Assembly: GCA_963674965.2 (NCBI GenBank)
Contig: CAXXFL010000006.1
Span: 896,001-960,000, forward strand
DNA from: a bacterium
GTDB taxonomy: Bacteria > RBG-13-61-14 > DATKZS01
Direction: 5' to 3'
Length of the DNA stretch: 64,000 nt
In this document: positions 29,201-38,236 of the stretch, piece by piece
Position numbering within the stretch: position 1 is the first letter of the stretch
How the letters are laid out: each line of letters starts with the position of its first letter
Notes under the pieces: model-generated
What the model was told of the DNA's origin: nothing
Databases searched by the model: none
Seen by the model: the letters and a program-made list of their open reading frames with translations, nothing else
Translations under genes and position numbers: made by a program

Positions 29201-29847
29201 TGGAGGAGCGAGTTAAGCCCCTCGGCGGCGGCGAAGGCCAGTTGGTTCTCGGTGATGGAGGACACGGTGATGCGGCTTCCGGGCAAGGTCCCCAGAAGGT
29301 CCTGGAGATAGATGTTGGATTTCTCCCGGACCGTGGCCGTTACCTCGTCCAAATCCCGGTCGAACTTGTAGATGGCCACGACCTTGCGCTCGGTCACGTT
29401 GTTGGGCAGGCTCTCGCCGGAGGCGTCGTGGTCCTTGAGGGTCAGCACCCACTTCTCGCGCTCGGCGGTCGGCTCGCCCGTGGCGGGATTGATGAGGGTC
29501 GCGTCCTGGTTGTAGCCGTAGTTGTACTTCAGAAGCTCGACGTAAACGTAATCCACGCCCGAGGTCTTGGCGGGATCGAAGGTGAGCGCGGCCCCGGGCA
29601 CGGCTTCGAGATGGCCGTCAATATAAAGGACGCCGGTGCCCACGGTGAGAACATTGTCATCCTTGCTGACCTCGAGGCCGGTTATGACCGCTCCTTCCTT
29701 GAAGAGCATGTCGGCCAGCTTCTTGCGCTCAAGGTTGATGACGTCCTGTTGCTCGTTGAGCTCCGAGTCGAGCAGGTCCCGGTCCTGGTGGTAACGCACC
29801 CGTTTGTAGTTCTTGGCCGGGTCGAAAGTTTCGCGTGAAATGGACAT
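26254..29847 (-). CDS. Large baseplate/tail fibre protein (DUF4815-like)
   Basis: FDPAKNYKRVRY..ELNEQQ, AGRAYIRGY, DYYLGRKD, GIYSDDF, DPLAQTF. Confidence 0.8.
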   Translation of the reverse strand: MSISRETFDPAKNYKRVRYHQDRDLLDSELNEQQDVINLERKKLADMLFKEGAVITGLEVSKDDNVLTVGTGVLYIDGHLEAVPGAALTFDPAKTSGVDYVYVELLKYNYGYNQDATLINPATGEPTAEREKWVLTLKDHDASGESLPNNVTERKVVAIYKFDRDLDEVTATVREKSNIYLQDLLGTLPGSRITVSSITENQLAFAAAEGLNSLLQNLAERTFDQAGSYLVKGLDSFIGDNDGQEVEVITNAGRAYIRGYRLQRDLPATLLVPKSEATKSVRGEQKTYNVSQRRYALNSTPLKETTQVEAIVEIVSNVTRGSVGGGEDLLVPNPVVDILEVSQGATVFAEGVDWQQSGNFVDWLGTGSEPAIGTTYTVRWTYVKQMAKGDDYVDGGWFGQSGHPSAEEYFYLVTVTDASGETEYSAEEVVSRATLAGEINRISWLPVNGATGYKVYRGTQNAVRTDFQLLKQVGSGETSYIDDGVDVIAGGNPPETNTSALAMSPVEIELDNLSVINFGRAAIGDEPVDGSNCSVDYDYYLGRKDIIYATTGEIKRLEGSPADSPKLPIAPEGTLGLCSVECPPNSVEMTVRNFGLTRVTMDRIHEIIQDVEDLKYNDAQFQMNNELQNRDAQTKKGIYSDDFSNDAQSDLFHDEWSARIDEIRRFVGPDRDATPNPLVVDEASSDAMFRGSLAFLPGLETTLVEQPDWSEEKNVNPYAVFDKPEAALEITPNMGRRGQTGIAAIGSNFTPSAANVILRCDGQVAASGLTADSVGRVIASFTIPSEARNGDRVVEMTDGTYSAQANLQVNDPLEITRIERVVVDRAIVRRQVTVEPAPPRVIRVPVVRTVWRRRVRTRRRDPLAQTFSFAQNRVISAVGVYFTQKEAAIPVTIQIRGVTTGLPNEVVLAEKVVSPAEITLNAETKIEFDDPFYAEADAGYAMVILTNGTNYKVRVATLGQMGQNGVITRQAYPVGVLLESSNAETWTPLNGSDLSMKIYGYDFNPAGEVRFQPITGVQFSEINLDEYSAIPEGAGIVWEYSTDGGATWDAIVPADEEDLPNIAGQVLVRAIFTSDLANDSPALNYKDVNLVGYLNNVAGAYVTRENELTQGVESTKVYAQMNIPSGTNVNWFASNDGGDTWEAMSIDSTRKIDHEWTEYILTRSFTDPTARKVRYKAEMTGNNLVYPRVHSLGATLS

Positions 29848-29859
29848 GGCAATTCCTCC

Positions 29860-30393
29860 TTAGATCTTGATTACTCCGACAAGCTCGACCCGCGTGTCGG
29901 AGGTTTTGTTGAAGTCGGAGATGTTCTTCACTTCGTACAGATAGCCGGGGACCAGCACCTCGCCGGTCGGGTTTATATCCTCGTGGTAGACGCCGTTCGC
30001 GGCGTAGTCCGAACCCAGGCCGTCGATGTATTCCACGTTGCCGCCGAAAAAGCCGTACTCCTTGATGGTGACCCCGTTGGCCTCGTTCTCCTCGAAGCGG
30101 AAGAAGACCCCGATGGTCTGGGTTTCTTCCGACGTCTCGATGTAATGGATGCCGTTTACGATGAGCGTCCCGCTCGGGTCTTCCTTAAGGAAAGTCCGCT
30201 TATAATACTTCTTGCGGGCCCGCTCGTTCTTGAGCGCTGTCTGCTCGACGTCCGGCGAGGGTGGATTGATCGGATCGTCAAAGGTCGCGTCCCCGTCGCC
30301 GATGGCGCAATGGGTCAGTCCCTCGATAGGGTCTCCCATGAGCAGCCTGGCGGTCAGGATGCGACCGGTTTTTACGATTAGTCCTAATGACAC
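29860..30393 (-). CDS. Tail collar/fibre-attachment-like protein
   Basis: LTHCAIGDG..QTALKNE..EANGVTIKEYGFFG; position after tail protein I. Confidence 0.65.
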   Translation of the reverse strand: MSLGLIVKTGRILTARLLMGDPIEGLTHCAIGDGDATFDDPINPPSPDVEQTALKNERARKKYYKRTFLKEDPSGTLIVNGIHYIETSEETQTIGVFFRFEENEANGVTIKEYGFFGGNVEYIDGLGSDYAANGVYHEDINPTGEVLVPGYLYEVKNISDFNKTSDTRVELVGVIKI

Positions 30394-30408
30394 GATGTAC
30401 CTCCTTTT

Positions 30409-31965
30409 CTAGTTCAATACCTGGTGCTCGGACCAGGCTTCCATGGGCGGCTCCAGGTATGCATGCTCGTCTTTCTGCCTGAATCTCCAATGGAGCGATT
30501 TTTCCAAAACGCGGAACCCGGAGTTGTTCAGGGGCATAAGTCCCAGGCGCATGGGCCTGGTCCTGTCCACGGACAAGCGCAGACCCGCGTGATTTATCCT
30601 TCGGTTGTTCAAAACGAGCGTCTCCACTCTTCGTCGGCGCGGATATCCCGTATCCACCTTCAACTCGAACGAGGCCCTTGCCTCGGTAACGTAAGCGTCG
30701 GTAAGCTCACCAAGGTTGAGGGCCTGGTTGTTGAGATTGAATCCGGGCCTTCGGGCCCTCCAGCGGTCGACCACGTCATAGGCCTCCCGGACCTCGGACC
30801 ATAGCGCTCCCGCGAAAGCGATCAGGAAGGCGTGTCTTCCAACTGACGCGCCGGAGACCTTGTCCATACCGCCAAGCGGGGAATGGTTCACTCTGAACCA
30901 ATGTGACAAACGGGACCGCTTGCCATACTGATGGACTCGCCCATCGGCTATAATTACGGCTGGAGATATGCTCGACTCGGAGAGCATGTCCTTTTGCCTG
31001 AATTTGATTCTGCAGGGAACGCCCGATTGGTTCAGTCGCGAGCGGTTCAGATTTTCTCCGGCAAAACGAATGTATGGAACTCCAGTTTCAATCTCGCGGC
31101 GAGTGTCCACGTCACAACAGATGGCGAGTTTGCGTTCGCTCACCCACAGGTTGGGGAACTTTTCAGTGTTCAGAGGAACGCTGTTCAATCGGAATCGTTG
31201 GTCCCTGGCATGCCAGCGCGAGATGCAGGTGCCGGCCCGCTCGACGTCCTGGAGGAGCGTGGTCCCGCTCGTGATCTGCCACCAGCCCCAGGTCTTGTTC
31301 TTGCGGGTGAGATGATAGTCGGTGTTCAAGGAATTGTGATTGACCACAAAGGTCTCGTGAAGATGTCCCAGACAGACTCGCTGGGCCACCTTCTTGATGA
31401 AGGCCTCGAAGTCGGTTTCCATTGACAGCACCGAGTAAAGCCATTGCAGGAAAAACACCCTGGTCCCGGCCGGGTGATGAGGCTCGAGCGCGTCGCGGAT
31501 GTCCTGGATGACGTTGTCTTGCTCTATCCGATAGACGCCCAGGCTGTAGATGAGGCCGGGAAGGCGGGCGTGATTCATCACTGAGCGGCGGTTGAGCCGC
31601 AGTGCCTGGCGGAAGGTTTCCTCTATGTTGCCTTCCCATCCGATATCGGTGAGCGATCTCCTGATCGCGGGGATGGTTCCCTTCCTGCGATAGAACTCGA
31701 CGGCTTCACGGATTGCCCGGCGCTGAGTCGCCGAGTCCCTGGTCGGGTCGAAAGACCATCCCACGATTCGGGCCAGGTATGGCAGGAACCTCTCATCGCA
31801 TTGTTCGACGTCGAACAACTCCGGGAATCGATCGATAAGCTCCTTGATCTCGTCCAGGGTGACCGACGGCACGGTGAGAAAAGTTTGCAGGTCTCCGCTC
31901 TCGTCCTCTCGCTCGTACAAAGGAGGCAGGAGTTCGATGAGCTTTTTATCAAAGTAGGTGCCCAT
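30409..31965 (-). CDS. Baseplate wedge/tail protein I (P2 gpI-like) with C-terminal extension
   Basis: LLPPLY..D, FLPYLARIVGW, YRRKGT, HPAGT. Confidence 0.82.
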   Translation of the reverse strand: MGTYFDKKLIELLPPLYEREDESGDLQTFLTVPSVTLDEIKELIDRFPELFDVEQCDERFLPYLARIVGWSFDPTRDSATQRRAIREAVEFYRRKGTIPAIRRSLTDIGWEGNIEETFRQALRLNRRSVMNHARLPGLIYSLGVYRIEQDNVIQDIRDALEPHHPAGTRVFFLQWLYSVLSMETDFEAFIKKVAQRVCLGHLHETFVVNHNSLNTDYHLTRKNKTWGWWQITSGTTLLQDVERAGTCISRWHARDQRFRLNSVPLNTEKFPNLWVSERKLAICCDVDTRREIETGVPYIRFAGENLNRSRLNQSGVPCRIKFRQKDMLSESSISPAVIIADGRVHQYGKRSRLSHWFRVNHSPLGGMDKVSGASVGRHAFLIAFAGALWSEVREAYDVVDRWRARRPGFNLNNQALNLGELTDAYVTEARASFELKVDTGYPRRRRVETLVLNNRRINHAGLRLSVDRTRPMRLGLMPLNNSGFRVLEKSLHWRFRQKDEHAYLEPPMEAWSEHQVLN

Positions 31966-33374
31966 CAGCTTGCCCTCTTCATATCGAGGATGACCTCGCC
32001 CAGGGTGGGGATTTCACCGGCGTTGATCCGGATATCGTCAAGGGGCGTGAACACGCGCGCGTGACTCACTCCCCGCGCGCCGTCCATGGCGGCCACAAGG
32101 TCGGAGAAGTGAATATCCTGGCCAAAACCTACCCGGTCGAAAGCCAGGTGTTCCGACAGCGCGTCCTCGATCCGGCTTCGCGCGAGGTCGAGGTCTTCTC
32201 CCGCGTAAACATATACCTCGGCGTCGATGTTCACCGGCACATAAACCGGATCGAAGAGTCTGATCTCGATGGTGATGACTTTGCGGGATTCGAGATATGA
32301 AAGCAGTTCGTCCTTAAGCAGTGAAGAAGGGAGACCGCCGCCGTCCGGAGCGACCGCGATGTTGACGTTGTAATAACGTATGTTCGAACAGTCATTCGTA
32401 TCCAGGACCTGCGCCTTGGCGACTCCCGGATACCCTTCGGCGAGTGCCGTGTAGTCGTCCTTGGTCACCGCCTTCCAGAGTGAGCGCACTTCCGCCGGTG
32501 CCTGTCTCCTTGCGTGGGCGATGGTCTCTCGGTCGGCCCCTCCGGTGGAGGGAGTGGAGTTGATGACGGAGAGGGCCACCTGGATGCCGTTCAAATAGAC
32601 GGGCGTCATCACTTCCGTAACCAGCCCCCTGCCGATGTTTCCGGAAGCTCCCTGGGTTTCCAGATACTCGACTTCGATCAGTTCGCCCGAAGGAGGAACG
32701 GCGCCCCGACTGCCGTCTCCAAAAGCGATGCTGGAAACATCCAGGCCGTCGGTCTCGGTGAGAAAATCCTTCGAGTCCGCGTCGCTTTCCTGGAAATGCG
32801 GCGCCTCGGTCCAATCTTCGTTCTGGACGCTGACCTTAACGGAACCTTGCGCCACGTTCCGATTGGCGAGAACGAACCGCTGCCATGGCTGGCCCGTGCC
32901 GGTGAAGTTCTCCGACCTGGTCTTTCCCTGGCGGGCGCTGACCTCGACTTCTCTTTGACCCCGGGCAATCGTGGCGTCAAAAACGGTTTCGAACTCCACG
33001 TCTCCGTCATCGAGCCGCGCCCGGCAAAGGCAACCGGCGGGGATCATCAGGTCGTCATTCAGGGGAGCGGAGATTGTAAATCGCAGCAGGGTCGATGCCG
33101 CCACCGGAGTATCCAGCCGGTAGCTGATCAGCTTGCACAGGTTGATCACGTTCTGCCGCTGGCGAGCGGTGGGGAGGAAGGCCTCGGCTGCCTGGGCGTC
33201 GAGATAGTAGGAGAGCATGTCTCCAACACCGCAGAAAAGCTCGAGCAGCACCACTCCCAGGTCGGACTTGTTGAAGTCGGTCCATCGGTCGGTAAGTTGA
33301 GGAATGCGTGCGACGAGTTCCCGCCTGATGGACTCATAGTCTTTGTTGCTGTATGAGATTGACGCCCGGCCCAT
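31965..33374 (-). CDS. Baseplate J/gp47-like wedge protein
   Basis: WTDFNKSDLG, FLPTA, FGDGSRGAVP, GGADRET, AVTKDDY. Confidence 0.9.
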   Translation of the reverse strand: MGRASISYSNKDYESIRRELVARIPQLTDRWTDFNKSDLGVVLLELFCGVGDMLSYYLDAQAAEAFLPTARQRQNVINLCKLISYRLDTPVAASTLLRFTISAPLNDDLMIPAGCLCRARLDDGDVEFETVFDATIARGQREVEVSARQGKTRSENFTGTGQPWQRFVLANRNVAQGSVKVSVQNEDWTEAPHFQESDADSKDFLTETDGLDVSSIAFGDGSRGAVPPSGELIEVEYLETQGASGNIGRGLVTEVMTPVYLNGIQVALSVINSTPSTGGADRETIAHARRQAPAEVRSLWKAVTKDDYTALAEGYPGVAKAQVLDTNDCSNIRYYNVNIAVAPDGGGLPSSLLKDELLSYLESRKVITIEIRLFDPVYVPVNIDAEVYVYAGEDLDLARSRIEDALSEHLAFDRVGFGQDIHFSDLVAAMDGARGVSHARVFTPLDDIRINAGEIPTLGEVILDMKRAS

Positions 33375-33376
33375 TT

Positions 33377-33835
33377 TCAAGCTCCCGCCGCCGTGCGAAC
33401 CAGGTTGTCCGATGGAGCGAGGCGTGGTTCGCGATGGAATGGATAAACCAGGTTTCCTTCAACCTGGCTCTGGATGACGCGATAGGAGATGCGGACCAGG
33501 AGCAGGTTCCGGTCTTTGTTTACATCCGAATCATCGAACGAGACCTCGGTGATCACCACGCGCTTTTCCCAGCGCTTGATCGCGTCGATCACATAATGGC
33601 GCACCAGGCCCTTCAGTACTTCATCGTTCGGTTCGAACACCAGGTCACGAAGTCTCGATCCGAACTCGGGCAACATGAACCGCTCGCCCGGGCGCGTGCC
33701 GAGTATCTGGAGGATGCTCTCGTGGATGTGGGCATGCTCCGCCGAGGTGGTGGCGGAGACCTCCGCGCCGCCGCTTCTTTGTTTGAAGCGAAAGGGAAAC
33801 TTCAGCCCTTGGCCAAGGAAGTCTAGAGCCATCAC
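33377..33835 (-). CDS. Baseplate gp25/GPW protein
   Basis: ILGTRPGERFMLPEFGS..WEKRV..NLVYPF. Confidence 0.92.
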   Translation of the reverse strand: MMALDFLGQGLKFPFRFKQRSGGAEVSATTSAEHAHIHESILQILGTRPGERFMLPEFGSRLRDLVFEPNDEVLKGLVRHYVIDAIKRWEKRVVITEVSFDDSDVNKDRNLLLVRISYRVIQSQVEGNLVYPFHREPRLAPSDNLVRTAAGA

Positions 33836-34788
33836 TCGCGCTCCTCACAGATTTTCTCGGGGGAGTCGGGCCCTTCGGAGGATTGATCGCCATCCTCGTC
33901 CGGGAAACGTATGACCAGGTCCAGTCCATTCGAGAGGGCCGCGTGGATAGTTCCATCGGCTTCGATGACGCCCTGGTGATTGCTTTCCAGGGAGATGAAC
34001 GCCCTGGCCCCGCCCGGGACGGTCCTCGCGCTGACCTCTTCGCCAAGGCCCTCGATCCTGGAGGCGCTCAGGACCACCACCGTGCCAAGGGGATTGATAA
34101 CCATGGCCAGTCGGTCGGGATGAGAAACTTCGAGCCGGATGCCTCCGGGCAGATTGAGGGAAAAGCGTCCATTAGCCACCTGGACCGGCTCGATATCGAG
34201 GGGCAGACCCTCGATGCCGGCGACCTCATGAGTAGCCAGGATCGCCTCCTGGACCAGCGTAAACTCGCGGCCGTCGGGAAGCGCGACCACGCCGCCTAGC
34301 GCCGGCTCGAGCTTGGCCGCGTAGCCGTCCTCCATCACGGCGAAGATGATTCCATCTGGATTCGCTCGAAGGAATACGCCATCGGGGAGAGTGAACAGCC
34401 TTCCGCCGTCCGGAAGATCGCGCGCGTCCGTTCCTGAAGGCATGTCCGCGAAGGGGTAATAATCCGGCTGCTCCAGGTCCTGGAAGTATTGACTGGCGCT
34501 CTGGGCGTGGGTATCGAGAATGGCCTGGGCCTCGGCCTGAAGCGCGCCGGACGCGGCCAGGCTTTGTCCGAGCAAATCCTTGATCTCGCCCAGTTGGTCT
34601 CGAATCTGGGGAAGATACGGCTCGGCCGCCACGCCGGGCGTCCAATCTTCCCCCTCGCCCTCATCGCCGGGTCCCTCGATTGCCTCGACTCCCAGCCCGG
34701 CGGCCAGGATATTAATCAGCGCCATCAGCTCGAAATGGGCCTCGGCCGAGCTTGTCCTCTCCACGAGCGGTCCGTCTCCGTAGGGCAT
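33832..34788 (-). CDS. Hypothetical phage protein with LPDG-type beta repeats
   Basis: 318-aa ORF with RBS, coupled to gp25; LPDG/LPGG/LPSG-like turns. Confidence 0.6.
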   Translation of the reverse strand: MPYGDGPLVERTSSAEAHFELMALINILAAGLGVEAIEGPGDEGEGEDWTPGVAAEPYLPQIRDQLGEIKDLLGQSLAASGALQAEAQAILDTHAQSASQYFQDLEQPDYYPFADMPSGTDARDLPDGGRLFTLPDGVFLRANPDGIIFAVMEDGYAAKLEPALGGVVALPDGREFTLVQEAILATHEVAGIEGLPLDIEPVQVANGRFSLNLPGGIRLEVSHPDRLAMVINPLGTVVVLSASRIEGLGEEVSARTVPGGARAFISLESNHQGVIEADGTIHAALSNGLDLVIRFPDEDGDQSSEGPDSPEKICEERE

Positions 34789-34791
34789 GGC

Positions 34792-35532
34792 TTATTCTCC
34801 CGTTATGGGAATCATCTCGAGGTTGGAAACGAACCAGCCGTCGAACTTCTGGAACCCCTCGTCGAGCGTGTCCCAGACAAAGCGCAGGGTGACGCTCCGT
34901 CCGGTGAAAGCCGAGAGGTCGATATGCTCGACGCGGCGGGGAATAAGGTACGGCTCGAGCGGCTCTCCGCCCGAGCCCTCGTCGGGATTGAATTGCTTGA
35001 TATAATCGTTGCCCACGTAAAACTCCAATAAGTCGTAGGTGGCGGGGGCCGAGCTTTCGATTTCACCCCACACGTCGAAGACCAGCAGGTAGTCCTTATC
35101 CAGAAAAACCGGGCGCGAGAGTTCTCCACTGACCCGGACGTTGCTTCCATACTCGTCGTACCAGTCGGAGAAATAATAAAAATGCCAGGTCTCTTCACCG
35201 AGCCGCTCGACGTAGCCCGAGGCGGTCCATCCTTCTTCGCCGCCGTCCTGGTCGGGCGTGAAAATCTCCACCTGAACGTAGCGACGAGAAGCGGCCATTC
35301 CCTCCCTCATGGACTCGACCGTGACGACCGCCGCCCCGGGATTGAGGCCATACTCGAGCGAGCCGTCGATCACTTGGGCGACCATCCGATCGCTGGACTC
35401 GAAATACAACTCGCCGCCCGGATCGCCAAGTATGGACAGGGGCAACGACCTGGCCGAGTCGCCCCCGCCAAAGGGCGTCCGGACAAGATCGGGCTTCACG
35501 TCCCAATAAGGAGCGAGGGCGCTAAAATTCAT
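34792..35532 (-). CDS. Hypothetical protein with Ig-like N-terminus
   Basis: N-terminus parallels 35522-35839 (YWDV.P..PLS..G.P.G...FES.D..VA.V..RYVQVEI); beta-rich C-terminus. Confidence 0.6.
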   Translation of the reverse strand: MNFSALAPYWDVKPDLVRTPFGGGDSARSLPLSILGDPGGELYFESSDRMVAQVIDGSLEYGLNPGAAVVTVESMREGMAASRRYVQVEIFTPDQDGGEEGWTASGYVERLGEETWHFYYFSDWYDEYGSNVRVSGELSRPVFLDKDYLLVFDVWGEIESSAPATYDLLEFYVGNDYIKQFNPDEGSGGEPLEPYLIPRRVEHIDLSAFTGRSVTLRFVWDTLDEGFQKFDGWFVSNLEMIPITGE

Positions 35533-35839
35533 CGGGGTTTTCCTCCTCCCACTCGCCTCCGCCGTAGTCGATTATCTCGACCTGGACGTACCTGACGCTC
35601 GTCTCGTCCCACGAGTCGTAGGCCATGACCACCGTCGAGCCCGCTTGCCAACCCGGCCATAAGAGGCCGTCCTCGTCCACGGAAGCCACGCTTTGGTCCT
35701 GACTCTCGAAGAAGACTTGTCCCCTCGGGTATCCCCTGACCGATAGGGGAATGGGAGGGGCCTCCGCCTTGAGGCTCAGCTTGATGGACCTGGGGAAAAC
35801 GTCCCAGTAATGGGTGTATCCCTCGGGGAAAATTCCCAT
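35522..35839 (-). CDS. Small Ig-like (Big_2-like) protein
   Basis: FESQDQSVASVDEDG..AGSTVV pattern. Confidence 0.55.
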   Translation of the reverse strand: MGIFPEGYTHYWDVFPRSIKLSLKAEAPPIPLSVRGYPRGQVFFESQDQSVASVDEDGLLWPGWQAGSTVVMAYDSWDETSVRYVQVEIIDYGGGEWEEENPDEF

Positions 35840-35848
35840 GCCCCCTCC

Positions 35849-36115
35849 TCAACCGTCCTCGGAGTCCGGACCGCCGGTCACGATCATGGCCCCGCAGCCG
35901 GCAAAGTCGCCCACCCGAGCGTCGGGGCGGCCCTCGGTCAAGGAATCCGGGCTCCCGGTGACGATGGGAGTCACGCCGTGGAAGGGAATCGGGCATGAAT
36001 GAAAGTCGCCCATCCTCGCCGCCGGTTTCCCGTTGATCGTCGTCCTCATGGCGCCGGTTACGATCACGCCGCCGTGGCTGGTCATGTCGCCCATTCTGGC
36101 CTTGGGTCTGGACAT
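35849..36115 (-). CDS. PAAR-repeat spike tip protein
   Basis: PKARMGD..HGG, GKPAARMGD.HSCP..HG, GRPDARVGD..CGA. Confidence 0.93.
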   Translation of the reverse strand: MSRPKARMGDMTSHGGVIVTGAMRTTINGKPAARMGDFHSCPIPFHGVTPIVTGSPDSLTEGRPDARVGDFAGCGAMIVTGGPDSEDG

Positions 36116-36481
36116 TCAATTCCCCAGGTAAAGGCGGATCAGAAAACCAAGTATGCCGCCCAGCGCCCCGGAAAGCGCCAGGGCCAGGCCGATCACTTTC
36201 CACATGGTCTCCGTGCCCATCTTGCGGCTGAGACCGGCGTAAAGGTCCTTGATGTCGTCCGCGTGGCGGCAAAGCTCCTCCCGAATGCCCCGGGCGATCA
36301 ACTCGACGTTTTCCTTGTCCGACTTCTTCTCGATCTCGCGCTCGATCTTCTCCAGCCGCGCCTGGATATCGCGGCGATGGTCCTCGAGGATGCTCCTGAA
36401 CTCGGCCCGCCAGGACTCGAAGGTCCGGGCCAGAAGGCGCTCGCTTTTTTCCAGTTCCTGAGACCCGTTTTCCTTTTCCAT
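36116..36481 (-). CDS. Coiled-coil protein with C-terminal membrane helix (holin/XhlA-like)
   Basis: Charged heptads then VIGLALALSGALGGILGFLI. Confidence 0.5.
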   Translation of the reverse strand: MEKENGSQELEKSERLLARTFESWRAEFRSILEDHRRDIQARLEKIEREIEKKSDKENVELIARGIREELCRHADDIKDLYAGLSRKMGTETMWKVIGLALALSGALGGILGFLIRLYLGN

Positions 36482-36491
36482 TACCGATCTC

Positions 36492-37475
36492 CTAATTGAT
36501 AATCGTCTTGTTCGCCGCCTTGATTACGATATTGCCCGAGACGCCGTCCATAATGATCGCGCTTCCGGCCTTGTCGGACAGGCGTATCTTCTCGGAGCCG
36601 GCGGTCGAGTCGATCAGAATCTCCTGCGTCCCCCCAAGCCCCCAGACGTGGATTTTTTCCTTGCCCTTGGTGGTGTCCAGAAGTATCTTCTGCCAGCGGC
36701 TTCGGCTCTTGTCGCACGACTGAAGGTGAATCTTCTCCTTGTCCTTCCAGGCCTCGAGGCGAAGGTACTGCCGGCAAAGGTCCGTAATCTCGATCCTGGC
36801 CTTCTTGTCCTTGACGTCCGAGTCTATGTTCAGTTGGTCGCCTCGCTCCGCGTCCTTCGTCTTCCGGGGCTTGGAGTTACCAGATTGAACGTCCCGCTTG
36901 ACCTTGCAGTCCATATGGATGATCTGTCCGGTCCGGTCGATGATCTTGAAAAACTCCTCCTCGTCCCGGTCGTCCATCACGATGGTGTGGCCCGTCTCGG
37001 TCTTCATGAGCACCTTGCGCCGGGGACAGTAGTAGGGAGGATGCTGGTGGTACTTCTTGTGCTCGAGGTCGTCCGGGGTCTTGGCCTGATGCTCGAGCTT
37101 GTCCTCGCAGTCCAGGCAGGTCGGCTCGTTGCACAGGCGCTTGGCCTCCTCGGGCTGCTCGCCGGGGTCGCTCCTGGCCAGCCACGCTCCGGTCCAGATG
37201 GGACGACCCACGTCGCCGCCCTCGAACTCGGCCCAGACCGAGGCCCCCTCCTCGGGCACGAGGAACATGCCCGCGTCCTCGTTCCCGCCGTAGGGGAAAC
37301 ACGGCCAGGCCCACTCCGACCAGTTGTCCGGACCCGAGCCGAGCACGGCTGGAATCTCCAGCCGCGCCCGGCCCAGGCGTTCAGGGTCGTTGTTGTCGCG
37401 CACGAAGGCGCGGTACTTGCCGAACCAGCGGTTCTTGTACCTCTCCTCGTGTTGGCGGTCCTGGGTCTCGATCAA
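36492..37475 (-). CDS. Baseplate spike protein (gpV/VgrG OB-fold)
   Basis: GKYRAFVRDNNDPERLGR..WAWPC..VPEEGASVWAEFEGGD..PIW; KTETGHTIVMDD. Confidence 0.9.
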   Translation of the reverse strand: MIETQDRQHEERYKNRWFGKYRAFVRDNNDPERLGRARLEIPAVLGSGPDNWSEWAWPCFPYGGNEDAGMFLVPEEGASVWAEFEGGDVGRPIWTGAWLARSDPGEQPEEAKRLCNEPTCLDCEDKLEHQAKTPDDLEHKKYHQHPPYYCPRRKVLMKTETGHTIVMDDRDEEEFFKIIDRTGQIIHMDCKVKRDVQSGNSKPRKTKDAERGDQLNIDSDVKDKKARIEITDLCRQYLRLEAWKDKEKIHLQSCDKSRSRWQKILLDTTKGKEKIHVWGLGGTQEILIDSTAGSEKIRLSDKAGSAIIMDGVSGNIVIKAANKTIIN

Positions 37476-37496
37476 GGCCGGTCCCTCCCCTCCTTT

Positions 37497-37805
37497 TCAC
37501 GCCAGGATGGACTTGGCCACGCGGCTCGCCAGGGCCTCGGGGGTCTTCTTGGGGTCGGCTTTGGACACCGCGTGATGGATCGCGTCCTTGGCCGCCGGGG
37601 TCAGGTTGCCCTCCTGGTCGGTCACGCCCGTTTTGACCTCCAGGGCGCCCACCTTCTCGACCGCGTTGACCACCGCGTCCAGGGCGTCGGACTTGGCCTT
37701 GCCCCAGGAAGAGAGCTTCAAGATGGTCAAGGCCGCGGTAAGCAGCGTCCCTAAAAGGTCCGCGTTCTGAATGATGAGCTGGATAATCCCCTCGAACTGT
37801 CCCAT
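37497..37805 (-). CDS. Putative holin-like protein
   Basis: Single N-terminal hydrophobic helix; immediately follows the endolysin. Confidence 0.45.
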   Translation of the reverse strand: MGQFEGIIQLIIQNADLLGTLLTAALTILKLSSWGKAKSDALDAVVNAVEKVGALEVKTGVTDQEGNLTPAAKDAIHHAVSKADPKKTPEALASRVAKSILA

Positions 37806-37806
37806 G

Positions 37807-38223
37807 TTAATCGCCTCCCTCGCTTTTCATCGCCTCCGAGACCGAAACCGAGCGGCCGTGAAGCTTGGCCCACCTGGCCTTGTGCCCGCGAACGTCCACG
37901 TGGACGAACCCATGGCCCGGATATAAGCCCATGCCGCCGTTCGAAAAGGCCTCGACCTTCTCCGCCAGGCGATAGGTCTCGAAGGGCGTTAGCCCCTTGA
38001 TCACAATGTCCGCCGCCTTGCCCAGCATGTGCTGGCTGCGCTTGGCCCCGCCCACGGCCGCGTTGTGCTTGGGGCATCGATACCCGCTGATCACCGTTAT
38101 CGGGGCCCCGGCCAGGTCGCGAAGCTTCTGCAGGGCCGCTATAAGGCCGGGATCGACCTTGGCCTCGCCGCAGCACCTGCACCCAAACTCCGAGCGCGAA
38201 AAGTTCTCGCTCAAATCTCCCAT
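37807..38223 (-). CDS. Peptidase M15A endolysin
   Basis: NFSRSEFGC, SGYRC..HN..VGG..SQHMLGKAADI, FVHVDVR. Confidence 0.92.
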   Translation of the reverse strand: MGDLSENFSRSEFGCRCCGEAKVDPGLIAALQKLRDLAGAPITVISGYRCPKHNAAVGGAKRSQHMLGKAADIVIKGLTPFETYRLAEKVEAFSNGGMGLYPGHGFVHVDVRGHKARWAKLHGRSVSVSEAMKSEGGD

Positions 38224-38236
38224 TGAATTCCTCCTT

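Noticed and set aside
26959-29838. Long plus-strand ORFs here and across the phage region
   Set aside because: Antisense shadows of GC-rich minus-strand genes with no recognisable motifs.
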